Shown: piece after piece, positions 43,343-52,445 of the stretch
How the letters are laid out: every line of letters starts with the position of its first letter
How positions within the stretch are numbered: the first letter of the stretch is position 1
From: a virus
Taxonomy: Duplodnaviria; Caudoviricetes
Direction: 5' to 3' (one strand)
IMG/VR virus record: IMGVR_UViG_2883475777_000001
DNA: 64,000 bases
The notes under the pieces: model-generated
Told to the model about the DNA's origin: nothing
Databases searched by the model: none
What the model saw: only the letters and a program-made list of their open reading frames with translations
Program-made: the position numbers and the translations under genes

Positions 43343-45609
43343 TCGCGACGCCTCCGCTGCAGTTCGGCGAAGCTGACACGCTCGCGTTTGGCGGGACCAA
43401 ATGCGCTCCCTGTTCCAGCGAGCACCGCCCCCTGAATTGAGGCGGCCACAGCGCAGCCGACTAGACAATCAAACCAGTGGTTGTCGCCGCGTTCTGGTCG
43501 CATCTTCCATTCGTCAACCGTGCGGCCGCGGCCTTCGGTCTTCACTCGATACTCGGCCGACAAGTGCTCGGCAAAGAGACGATGCTGGTCGGCGCTTTCG
43601 CCAAACAACGACAGGCAGCCACGGTCACCCATCGGCACCGCCAGCCGAGCGTGCACGAATGTTTTCCAGAAGTTGGTGTCGTAGACGACGTGGCGCACAG
43701 CACGCTTGCCGGCCACATTGGGCATCCGCCAGTTGTGTCCGACCCGGTCGCCCGGCCGGCGCTTGTACTCGGAGAAAGGCTGACTCGATGCGCCAACAAA
43801 CCGGCCGTGACTGGGAATGATGACGCCGGCGTGTGCGGATTGCCGGCAGAATTGATAGACCACGTCAGTCGATGCACCCCAGTTGGCGTCCACCAGGCAG
43901 CGTTCGATTCGCAGCATGGCACCATCATCGCGCCGCCATTCGCGACCGAGATGCGACGTCGTCAACTGTTCGAGTCCCGCATAGATGGACCCTTCCAAAC
44001 CACTCGCCTTCGTCGCCAGCGGCAGCGTGAGCCGGGCATCTCGCAGCGTAAAGTAAGGCCGCTGTTGGTCAGGAAACTCGCCATAGTCGACGACATAGCC
44101 GGTGAAATCGTCTTCCCACGCTGCGACGACGTAGAACAGTAAGTTCCCTTGAACGTCCACAAACATCGTCAGATGGTTGCAGCCAATTGGCAGCACGCCT
44201 CGCTGCATGCGATTGGTCTTGGCGGCGATTTGGTCAGGCGACAGTTCGTCTGCTTCGGACGTTTCCTCGGGTAGTGGCTCGTTCTGGTACTCTGCGAAGA
44301 ACGCCGCCTCGTCTTGCAACTTGAGGTTCATCGCGTGCTGGATCGCCGACTCTTCATCGTGGTTGAATCGTTCTTGCCAAGCCACGTCAGCGCCGGCATC
44401 CATTGCTTCCCGATTGGCCGCGTAGAACTCGGTCGCCAGTCGGATGTCGCCGTGGGCGCGGAGGCTCTCGCCGCGAAGTTCGGCGTAACGCTGCCACAGC
44501 TTCTCATCGGTGGGAAACGAATACACCATCTTCGTGCGCTCGCCGTTCCATTCCGGATGCTTGTCGCGGCATAAAATGTTGTCAGCCATGTCGCTGGGGC
44601 GGATTACCGTACAGGGCATGATGCCGCTGATCTTCTTGCCGGGACCAGCCAGACCCAGGATAGCGCCTGCGAGTATTCCCTCGCGCGTCGCGCATTGCGA
44701 CAACGACCGAGCCGACTCGTCGGTCTGCGGATCGTCGAGCACGACCAGTGAGGGGCGAACGGTATGTCCGTCCGAACGCTTGTATTTCATGCCGCGAATG
44801 CGGCCAGTAATGCCAGCGACCTTGATGATCGCCCCGCTCGCGGCGCTGCCGGGCATCGAAGGAAGCACGACCTCGCGGGCCGTCCAACCGATGTGCGTTC
44901 GCTCGCCCTTGAAGAGTTGACCGTTGCAGCGATTGGCGATTCCATCGAGGCACTGAATCGGATAGACGACCTCGGGGAAGTCTTCGAGCAACAGGTCGTT
45001 GCCGTCGAGTTCCATCTTGATCGAGTCAAGCATATCCATCGCATGCCCTTCGTCGCTGCCGATGAGACACACGAACTCGCGGTGGCCGTTGAGCACGGCC
45101 CAGATGCACGCGCATTCGCAAATCGTCGTCTTGCCCGAACCGCGAGGCATCGCCATCGCGAATAGTCCGCCGCGCAGCACGGCCTGCTCGATCTTGCCGA
45201 TCACTTTCAAGTGGTCGGGCGACCACGGGAGGTGGAACGTCAGCGGAAAGTAGGTCTCGCAGAAGAATCGAAAATCGGATGCTGCCCGCGCTTTGCGGTC
45301 CCCGCTGACGACCTCGGGCAGTTCACCAATGTCGCGGCCGGCAATGGCAAGCGCGACATTGCGAGCGCGAGCGCGATCCTTCAGCTTTTCATACGGATCG
45401 CCGTCGGGCTCTGGGCGCGGCGTGTGCCGAATCTCCACGAGCCACGCGACGTACCGCAGCAAGTCTACGAAACGTGCATCGCCGATTCGCATGCCGGCCC
45501 GCGTTCGATGGCGATGGAGCTGCCGTTCATTGATGACCTCGCCCAACGGCGTCGAGTTCAACAAGCGGCACAATTCGCTCGGTCGTAGTTTCCGCGGGTC
45601 AGTTGCCAC
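43339..45609 (-). CDS. Terminase large subunit (gpA-like) with N-terminal HTH extension
   Basis: Walker A AMPRGSGKT, Walker B VVLDDPQ, nuclease FVDVQ, C-terminal DNHWFDC. Confidence 0.9.
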   Translation of the reverse strand: MATDPRKLRPSELCRLLNSTPLGEVINERQLHRHRTRAGMRIGDARFVDLLRYVAWLVEIRHTPRPEPDGDPYEKLKDRARARNVALAIAGRDIGELPEVVSGDRKARAASDFRFFCETYFPLTFHLPWSPDHLKVIGKIEQAVLRGGLFAMAMPRGSGKTTICECACIWAVLNGHREFVCLIGSDEGHAMDMLDSIKMELDGNDLLLEDFPEVVYPIQCLDGIANRCNGQLFKGERTHIGWTAREVVLPSMPGSAASGAIIKVAGITGRIRGMKYKRSDGHTVRPSLVVLDDPQTDESARSLSQCATREGILAGAILGLAGPGKKISGIMPCTVIRPSDMADNILCRDKHPEWNGERTKMVYSFPTDEKLWQRYAELRGESLRAHGDIRLATEFYAANREAMDAGADVAWQERFNHDEESAIQHAMNLKLQDEAAFFAEYQNEPLPEETSEADELSPDQIAAKTNRMQRGVLPIGCNHLTMFVDVQGNLLFYVVAAWEDDFTGYVVDYGEFPDQQRPYFTLRDARLTLPLATKASGLEGSIYAGLEQLTTSHLGREWRRDDGAMLRIERCLVDANWGASTDVVYQFCRQSAHAGVIIPSHGRFVGASSQPFSEYKRRPGDRVGHNWRMPNVAGKRAVRHVVYDTNFWKTFVHARLAVPMGDRGCLSLFGESADQHRLFAEHLSAEYRVKTEGRGRTVDEWKMRPERGDNHWFDCLVGCAVAASIQGAVLAGTGSAFGPAKRERVSFAELQRRRRE

Positions 45610-45805
45610 GCCCCATCTCCTTCACGAGCCATGCGGCGTAGTGCATGAGGTTGACCGTGCCGTCGGGATTCTGCGGCGCGCCGGCCTCCAGGTCGGCGGC
45701 GATCTGTTCGACGGGGACGCGGACCTTGGCGGCGGCCGAAAGCAGCTTGGCAGCCTGCTCGACGGAGAGGCGGTTTGGGTCCACGGGCGCATTCTCAGCG
45801 TTCAT
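45599..45805 (-). CDS. Terminase small subunit-like HTH protein
   Basis: 68 aa, LSVEQAAKLLS...GAPQNPDGTVNLMHYAAWL; overlaps the terL start. Confidence 0.6.
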   Translation of the reverse strand: MNAENAPVDPNRLSVEQAAKLLSAAAKVRVPVEQIAADLEAGAPQNPDGTVNLMHYAAWLVKEMGRGN

Positions 45806-46086
45806 CGCCCGCCCCCTTCCGGCACAGCTCTCCGCGTGGGCCAACGGGTGGCCACGTCGCGTACCGCGCCGGCGATTGGCCATTCGTGCGACCACCGGCG
45901 TAACACGTCGCGACACGTGGCCAACCTGATCGACGCGACGCCAACCTTGCCCCGTTTGACTTCCGAGAAAACCTGCTGAATTCCGGCGGAATGTTCCGCG
46001 ACCGCGCTTGATGTTCCTCGAAACGCATGGCTCATGTGTGACTGTCGTAACGCGAATCCCAACCACCAACCAACCGGAGACCAACC

Positions 46087-46314
46087 ATGAACGCCCGCAA
46101 AAACAAGAAGCCGAAGCTGACCGCCGAAGCCGCCTACGAGAACGCGCACATCGTGGCGCAAGACCTTGTCCAAAGAATCGGCGAGCTGCTTTTCGACCTG
46201 CCCGCGCCCGGCAACGACGAGCACCCGATCAACTGGGCCGACGTCGGCAGCGTCAACGAGGTCAACAACCGCCTGTCCTCGGTCGTCGCCTTTCTCGAAG
46301 GCACCGAAGAGTAA
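46087..46314 (+). CDS. Small accessory protein
   Basis: 75 aa, opposite strand to the late genes; homolog in the satellite. Confidence 0.7.
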   Translation: MNARKNKKPKLTAEAAYENAHIVAQDLVQRIGELLFDLPAPGNDEHPINWADVGSVNEVNNRLSSVVAFLEGTEE

Positions 46315-46341
46315 CCCCCAACCACGAAAGAAAACCCAACC

Positions 46342-46593
46342 ATGACCATCGACGACTTGATCCAACGCTTGGAAGAGTACCGCGACGCCCTGGGCGGCGA
46401 CGCCGAAGTCCGCCTGATGACCCAGCAGAATTGGCCGTTTGAAAACGAGATCGTCGGCCTCGCTTCGGGCGAAGAGATCAACGAGCCCGACGACGGCGAA
46501 GACGAAGACATGGACGAAGACAGCGTGGTCTTCATCATCGAAGGCCAGCAGCGCTGCTACGGATCGAAGCGGGCCTGGGAGGTCGCGTACTAA
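46342..46593 (+). CDS. Small acidic accessory protein
   Basis: 83 aa; AEVRLMTQQNWPFEN. Confidence 0.65.
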   Translation: MTIDDLIQRLEEYRDALGGDAEVRLMTQQNWPFENEIVGLASGEEINEPDDGEDEDMDEDSVVFIIEGQQRCYGSKRAWEVAY

Positions 46594-46689
46594 AGCCGAA
46601 ACGCCCACGCGGGCGTCGCGGCGGGTGGTACCCGCCGCCTGATGATGGCAGCCCAACCATCGCGAACGTTTTTCACAAGGAGCCAGATC

Positions 46690-47091
46690 ATGGCAACGAA
46701 GAAGACCACCGCGAAAAAGACCCCTGCGAAGAAGGCCGCTGCCCCGAAGGCAACCCGCAGCGCCAAGTCGACCAAGGCCGCGCCGGCGAAGAAGGCTCAG
46801 CCCGCGAAGCCGGCGGCGAAGAAGACGAAGCCCGCCGCGTCGAAAGGCGAGGCCAAGGCCAAGAAGCTCAGCGCCATCGACGCGGCCGCGAAGGTGCTGG
46901 CCACGGCGAAGGAACCGATGAACTGCAAGGAGTTGATCGAGGCGATGGCCACGAAGAAGCTCTGGACCAGCCCCGGCGGAAAGACGCCGCACGCCACGCT
47001 GTACAGCGCGATTCTGCGGGAGATCAAGACGAAGGGGAAGGACGCCCGTTTCAAGAAGACCGAGCGCGGCCAGTTCGCCGCGAATGGCTAG
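46690..47091 (+). CDS. Winged-helix (HARE-HTH-like) protein with histone-H1-like Lys/Ala N-terminus
   Basis: KKTTAKKTPAKKAAAPK..., then LSAIDAAAKVL...WTSPGGKTPHATLY. Confidence 0.8.
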   Translation: MATKKTTAKKTPAKKAAAPKATRSAKSTKAAPAKKAQPAKPAAKKTKPAASKGEAKAKKLSAIDAAAKVLATAKEPMNCKELIEAMATKKLWTSPGGKTPHATLYSAILREIKTKGKDARFKKTERGQFAANG

Positions 47092-47113
47092 GCCACGCGA
47101 CGGGTTCCGACCC

Positions 47114-47148
47114 AACGCCCCACGTTCGCCACGTTGGGGCGTTTTCTC
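47114..47148 (+). terminator. Probable intrinsic terminator
   Basis: AACGCCCC-ACGT / ACGTTGGGGCGTT hairpin followed by TTCTC, just after the wHTH gene. Confidence 0.5.
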
Positions 47149-47295
47149 GTTGGCGGCCTCGGTGGCCAATACCAACGGCCCGACGCGACACGGCGCAATC
47201 GTCGCGACGAGCCTATTGATGTTTCCGCCCGTTTGTGGCTCCTGTGGTTGGGAGATTGGATGTGCCAGCCGCTTACAAACCGAAAGGAACGAATC

Positions 47296-47529
47296 ATGAA
47301 GACCTACCTTGTCGCCACTCTCGCCCGCTATGTGCTGGTCGAGGCCGACGACGAAACGCAGGCACGCGAACTTGGCCGCCCCGCGCTGCACGATCTGTAC
47401 GCCGACCTGCGCCAGCGATTGGGCAGGGAGGTGCCGATCGAAATCCGCACCGTCCGCGAGGCGACTGAAGATGAGATCGAACTTTGGACGTGGCATCATG
47501 AAATGCTCGCAAGGGAGAAACAACAATGA
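47296..47529 (+). CDS. Small hypothetical protein
   Basis: AAGGA RBS, ATG 47296, 77 aa. Confidence 0.55.
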   Translation: MKTYLVATLARYVLVEADDETQARELGRPALHDLYADLRQRLGREVPIEIRTVREATEDEIELWTWHHEMLAREKQQ

Positions 47530-47756
47530 CCTCGATTCCAAGGGCGGGTGACCGCATCCGACTCATCTCCATGCAAGACGACCCCGCCCCGGTCCAGGTG
47601 GGACAGGTGGGAACGGTCGTTTCTGTCTCCCGCCACGGCGGTGGGGAAGACGCTTGGCATCAGGTCGACGTCGCCTGGGATAACGGTCGGACGCTCATGC
47701 TTGTCTCCCCACCCGACCGGTTCGCGATCTTGGAATCCCAGACCGACACGCCGTAG
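47526..47756 (+). CDS. DUF4314-family protein
   Basis: GDRIRLISMQDDPAP...GTV...VAWDNGRTLML. Confidence 0.75.
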   Translation: MTSIPRAGDRIRLISMQDDPAPVQVGQVGTVVSVSRHGGGEDAWHQVDVAWDNGRTLMLVSPPDRFAILESQTDTP

Positions 47757-47821
47757 CGCTGGCCACGTGCCCCAACACGCGCCGCCCTCGTGCGGCGTTT
47801 TCTCGTGGCTGGTAGTTTCGT

Positions 47822-48187
47822 TCAACCGCCCACCTCCTTCGCGACGTGGGCCAACGTGGGCGACCAGTCGGGACCGAGATACCGAACGGGCTTGCCCAAC
47901 TCGATGGCGATTCGGATTTCCGCTTGCACCCCCGCACTCGCCTCCCAACCATCGAGCGTCAGCACGACCACTTCGTTGCAACATTCAAGATGGTGCCGGT
48001 CGAACGGTTCCCAGAATCGCCAGTCAGTCGGCAGCCCATGCGTGCAGATGCAGTGGCCGTGAGCGATCGGCGAAAAAACGGCGTGGCCAAGCCGCATTAG
48101 CTTCGCCGCCGCGCGGCACGCGTCACGAAAACGCAATTCGCGCACCGCAACATCGGGATGCGAATACGGGCTGGCCAGGTAGATCAT
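47822..48187 (-). CDS. DUF1937 / nucleoside deoxyribosyltransferase-like protein
   Basis: MIYLASPYSHPD...FSPIAHGH...SAGVQAEI. Confidence 0.75.
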   Translation of the reverse strand: MIYLASPYSHPDVAVRELRFRDACRAAAKLMRLGHAVFSPIAHGHCICTHGLPTDWRFWEPFDRHHLECCNEVVVLTLDGWEASAGVQAEIRIAIELGKPVRYLGPDWSPTLAHVAKEVGG

Positions 48188-49581
48188 GCAGAAGCCTCCT
48201 GCGCGGGCGCTTCCACACGCTCGGCCTTCTGGCCGGTGAACTTCTCCCACCGCTGCACGATGACGTCGCAATACGGCGGGTCGAGTTCCATCAAGAACGC
48301 TTTACGCCCTGTTTGTTCGCAGGCGATGAGCGTTGAACCACTGCCGCCGAACAGGTCGAGCACGTTCTCGCCGGCCAGCGACGAGTACTGCAGCGCCCGC
48401 ACCGTCAACTCGACGGGCTTCTCGGTCAAGTGAACCATGCTCTGCGGGTTGACCTTCTTCACGGGCCAGACGTCGGGCACATTATTCGGACCGAAGAACC
48501 GATGCGCCGCGCCTTCGCGCCAGCCGTAGAAACACCACTCGTGGTCGCCCATGAAATCCTTGCGCGTCAGGACGGGATGCAGCTTGTGCCAGATCACGGC
48601 TTGCGAGAAGTACATGCCGCAGGCCTTGAAGACCGGCGGATAGTTGGCGACGTTGGCGTAGCCACCCCACACGTAGAAACCATGTCCCGGCAACAGCACG
48701 CGGGCGATGTTACCGAACCAAGCGTGCAGCATTTCATCGAATGCTTCATCGCTCACGAAGTCGTTCGCCAGTGGACGATCTTTGGCTCGCATCTTTTTCT
48801 GCGTCGGCTTCGCCTTTTCGGGATGGCGGGCGAGGTCGAACTTCTGGTGATGCTCGTTGCCAGCCTTCGTCTTGCCGCGAGCCACGTCGAACGAGGCGTT
48901 GCCTTGACCTGCCTTCAGCTTCTTGGCCGCCCCGTCGTTCGAGAAAGAGCTGAGGCCGGCGGCAATCGCGTTGTTGCTGCGCGGCTCCACTTTGACGTTG
49001 TACGGCGGGTCGGTCGAAACCAAGTGGATGCTCGCGCCGTCGAGCAGACGGTCCACATGCTCGGCGTTGCTGCTGTCGCCACAGAGCAACCGGTGGTCTC
49101 CGAGAATCCAAAGGTCGCCCAGCTGCGTGATCGCGTCGTCGGGCGGCTCGGGCACGTCGTCGGGATCGGTTAGTCCATCCTGAACGCCGGGATCGAGCAG
49201 CTTCGCCAACTCTTCCTGGTCGAAGCCGAGCAGGCCCAGGTCGTAATTGCACGACTGCAGCTCGCCGAGTTCGATGGGCAGCAGATCGTAGTTCCATTCC
49301 GCCAGCTCGGCCGTCTTGTTGTCGGCGATGCGGTAGGCCTTGATCTGCTCGGGCGTGAGGTCTTTCGCGGTGTGGACCGGCACCTTCTCCAGGCCCAGCT
49401 TCAGCGCCGCCTTGTATCGGGTGTGACCGCAGATAATCACACCCTCGGTATCAACCACAATTGGCTGGCGGAAACCGAACTCGCGGATCGAGGCGGCCAC
49501 CGCATCGACGGCGTCGTCGTTGAGCCGAGGGTTTTTTTCGTAGGGGCGAATGTCCGTGATCGGACGCAATGTGACTTGCAT
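48184..49581 (-). CDS. ParB-like nuclease domain + N4/N6 DNA methyltransferase
   Basis: PYEKNPR, FGFRQPIVVD, GHTR; TDPPYNV; HLTEKPVEL; VLDLFGGSGST. Confidence 0.9.
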   Translation of the reverse strand: MQVTLRPITDIRPYEKNPRLNDDAVDAVAASIREFGFRQPIVVDTEGVIICGHTRYKAALKLGLEKVPVHTAKDLTPEQIKAYRIADNKTAELAEWNYDLLPIELGELQSCNYDLGLLGFDQEELAKLLDPGVQDGLTDPDDVPEPPDDAITQLGDLWILGDHRLLCGDSSNAEHVDRLLDGASIHLVSTDPPYNVKVEPRSNNAIAAGLSSFSNDGAAKKLKAGQGNASFDVARGKTKAGNEHHQKFDLARHPEKAKPTQKKMRAKDRPLANDFVSDEAFDEMLHAWFGNIARVLLPGHGFYVWGGYANVANYPPVFKACGMYFSQAVIWHKLHPVLTRKDFMGDHEWCFYGWREGAAHRFFGPNNVPDVWPVKKVNPQSMVHLTEKPVELTVRALQYSSLAGENVLDLFGGSGSTLIACEQTGRKAFLMELDPPYCDVIVQRWEKFTGQKAERVEAPAQEASA

Positions 49582-49867
49582 GGCAACCTCCGTGAATCAG
49601 CTGAAGAACAGGATCTTGATCAGGACCGCGAACCAGGCAACGCGCCAAGCGAAGCCTTCCAGCCCTTGGGCCGTGGGAACAACACGCGACTTCCAGTACT
49701 CGTCGCGGTCGGAGCGGCGGGTGGAAGCGGGATCTTGGGTTTGCAGCATCGGAATCCTCTCGGTTCAGATTTCGGACAAACAAAACAAACTGTGATGCCA
49801 ATGGTGGCTGTTCCCGCGTGCCTCACCTGAGGATTTGGGCCGGGAAGGAACCATTGGCCGGCCGGCG

Positions 49868-50180
49868 GACTTCCTTACTTCTTTCCCCACCCCCCTCACA
49901 CACGCACGCCTACACGCGTACGCGCGGGTGTATATGCGTGTATGGGTGAAGGAAGAAAGAAGTAGTGTGAATACATATATCTGCGTGACGGGGTGAAAGA
50001 AGAAAGAAGCCAAGGACGCCGTGATTCGTGGCGTTTCCGCATCGCTTCCTTCACTTCTTTCACGCCCGATTCGCGTGTTGATGACTGGTTCTTGTTTCAC
50101 CGCTGTTTCTCCGTTTCGTGGCTTCCTTCACCGGCTTGCCGTCTGATCGGGTCGAACATCTTTCACGCTTCACCACTCGT
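49868..50180. repeat. Candidate prophage replication origin (CTTCCTTCAC/TTCTTTCAC repeats plus alternating purine-pyrimidine tract)
   Basis: Repeats in both orientations at about 49870, 49947, 50046, 50121, 50160; R/Y tract at about 49897-49943; directly downstream of the primase gene. Confidence 0.45.
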
Positions 50181-52445
50181 TTCACCCAGCAACCGGTAGT
50201 GCCGTTGCGGTCGCCCGGCCGTTGCCTGGATGACCGTCAGCAGATCGCCCTGCTGCTCGAGCGTCGTGACCAACTCCTGAAACGTCTTGGCGTCGGTCTT
50301 CATTCGCTTGAGCAGCACGCTGTGCGCGAGTTGCCCGTCAGGCGCGTCGCGCAGCTTGCGAAGCAGCTTGAGGCACTCGCCGTGGAACGGGTTCTCGGCC
50401 ACATGGTTGTGGGCCATGAACAACATCCGCCGCGTCTGGTGCAGCATGAAGTCGGTCGCCCAGCGCACTGCCGCGACGTCGATTCGCGGCGTCTGGTGGC
50501 TGGCGCTCACCGCGTACAACAACGCCAGCTTGCGGATCTGCTCGGGCACCCGGCCCCAGACGGTGGTGCCGACCGGATCGCCACGGGCTTCCGCGCTGGC
50601 GTACTCGGCCTCCGACGTGAGACGTGCCTCGGCCAGCAGGTCGCGGGCGTCGTCGTCCGCTTCGACGATCAACGGCTGAGGATGCCAATTTTCGAGGTTG
50701 CCGGTGCCTGGGCTGAATTCCGACCACCAGCGGGCGGCGTCCATGACGCTCGCCGGCGGGTCAATGATCCCCGGTTCCTGGCCGGCGCTGCGCGGCCCGC
50801 TCTCGACGATCAGCATGCGAGCGAAGAAGCCGTTGGTGAGCATCCGCTCGGAGAGAGCCTCGTAATAGTGCGTGGGGATGGCCGTGCCGTAGACGACCAG
50901 ACACGGTTGGTCGATAACGCCTGGCGGCTCCTTGCCCGCCTTGCGCCGCATGGGATAGATGCTGTTGGCCGCCGAGTACATCGTGAGCAGCGTGCCCATA
51001 ATGTTCTCGTGCCTCGCGTCGCGGGCCTTGTTGATTGACTGCAGCAGGCCGTCGATCTCGTCAGTCTGGAATAGCATCGCCGGCGTCAGAAACAGCGAAT
51101 CCTGAATCCCTTCGCCGGACGCAAACTTTTCGCCGAGCGAATTCACCAGCCCCACGCGATGCATGACATGCGTGTTGACCTTGCGTGGCCAGTCCTTGCC
51201 GACCGACGAGTAGGCCAGCGCCAGCAGATACAGGTTTGTCCGGTTGTCGGCTCGGTCTCGCACCTTGCGGCCAGCGAGGACCGACTGAAGCGCAAGTGCG
51301 CCGCAGAACGCCAGCGACACGTTCGGATAGGGCGCGGTGGCCAGGCAATGGTCCATCACCTCGGAGACGAAACCAGGGACGCGCAGTAGCGTGTCCGGCA
51401 GCGGCCCAGGATCGGGGTATGCCGGCCGCGCCGGCGTCAGACACGCGCGCCCGTTGCACGCGAGGTTTGACAAGTCGACATCGACGTCGCCTGCGGGTTG
51501 ACCATAGCCTTCGGCTCGCAGCGCCGTGGCGGCCGCCGCGAAGTCACCATCGTGATTGAGCAAGGCGTAGACGGTGAAGGGAGCGTAGGCGCGATCGGGT
51601 TCGAAGGGTGCGGCGTTGGATGAGAACACGTAGAGCACGCCTTCGCGGAGCGTGGCGCTCCATCCCTGCTCCTTTCCGGGGCGACGCCAATACTCGTTCT
51701 CGCCCCCACGAACCAAGTCCCAGCCGTGCCGGCGCAGAACATCGCGCACTTCGCCACGCTCGTTGAAATCGTCTCCAGGCCGGCCTTCCCCGAGCAAACC
51801 CGCCGGCGCGCGGGCGACCGGCGGCATCGTCTCGTTTAGCGCGCACGCGGCTTCGATCAACACCGATCGTTCCGCCTCGTTCAGAACGGGCAGCGTGTTC
51901 AGCGACCCCTGTTCGATTTGGTAGTCCGGCGTCGGGTCGCATAGAAAGAGGCCGCCCTCGCCGCGCGTCTCGATCAGCGTGCAGGTGATTTGAAACTGGT
52001 CGCCAACACGACGCGGCACGTATCGTTTGCCAGCGATGACGACCGGCTCGTTGCTGGGCGTCACCACGGTCCGCTGGGCCAGCTTGCGGTTGCCGGGAAT
52101 GGGGCACTCGCAGCGATAGATCACATGCTGGCCGCCCGACTGCGACCGTTCGACGACGAGGCGTCCCGCCAGCGCCGGCATTTCGGTTGCTACCAGCTCT
52201 CGCCAACAGTCGAACAATTCTCCTTCGTGATCAAAGTCGATCATCTCCAAGTGGCCCGATACCTCGCCTGCCAGGACGCAGATGGCCGGCGCATCGGCAA
52301 ACCACGACTCCACCTGCCGCTCCGTTGGCAGGCGACGCTGGTATTGCTTCCAGCCGGCCAGCGCCGGCCGCTTCTCTGCGGAGATCGCGGGCAGCACGGA
52401 CAGGCCGGAGCGGAGGTAGTCAAGCGCGGTATCGAGCATGCTCAA
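50163..52445 (-). CDS. Bifunctional primase-polymerase with DUF3987 helicase domain
   Basis: GLSVLP...KRP, LEMIDFD, SQSGGQHVIY, IETRGEGG; C-terminal SSVGKD and DEID motifs. Confidence 0.85.
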   Translation of the reverse strand: MSMLDTALDYLRSGLSVLPAISAEKRPALAGWKQYQRRLPTERQVESWFADAPAICVLAGEVSGHLEMIDFDHEGELFDCWRELVATEMPALAGRLVVERSQSGGQHVIYRCECPIPGNRKLAQRTVVTPSNEPVVIAGKRYVPRRVGDQFQITCTLIETRGEGGLFLCDPTPDYQIEQGSLNTLPVLNEAERSVLIEAACALNETMPPVARAPAGLLGEGRPGDDFNERGEVRDVLRRHGWDLVRGGENEYWRRPGKEQGWSATLREGVLYVFSSNAAPFEPDRAYAPFTVYALLNHDGDFAAAATALRAEGYGQPAGDVDVDLSNLACNGRACLTPARPAYPDPGPLPDTLLRVPGFVSEVMDHCLATAPYPNVSLAFCGALALQSVLAGRKVRDRADNRTNLYLLALAYSSVGKDWPRKVNTHVMHRVGLVNSLGEKFASGEGIQDSLFLTPAMLFQTDEIDGLLQSINKARDARHENIMGTLLTMYSAANSIYPMRRKAGKEPPGVIDQPCLVVYGTAIPTHYYEALSERMLTNGFFARMLIVESGPRSAGQEPGIIDPPASVMDAARWWSEFSPGTGNLENWHPQPLIVEADDDARDLLAEARLTSEAEYASAEARGDPVGTTVWGRVPEQIRKLALLYAVSASHQTPRIDVAAVRWATDFMLHQTRRMLFMAHNHVAENPFHGECLKLLRKLRDAPDGQLAHSVLLKRMKTDAKTFQELVTTLEQQGDLLTVIQATAGRPQRHYRLLGETSGEA

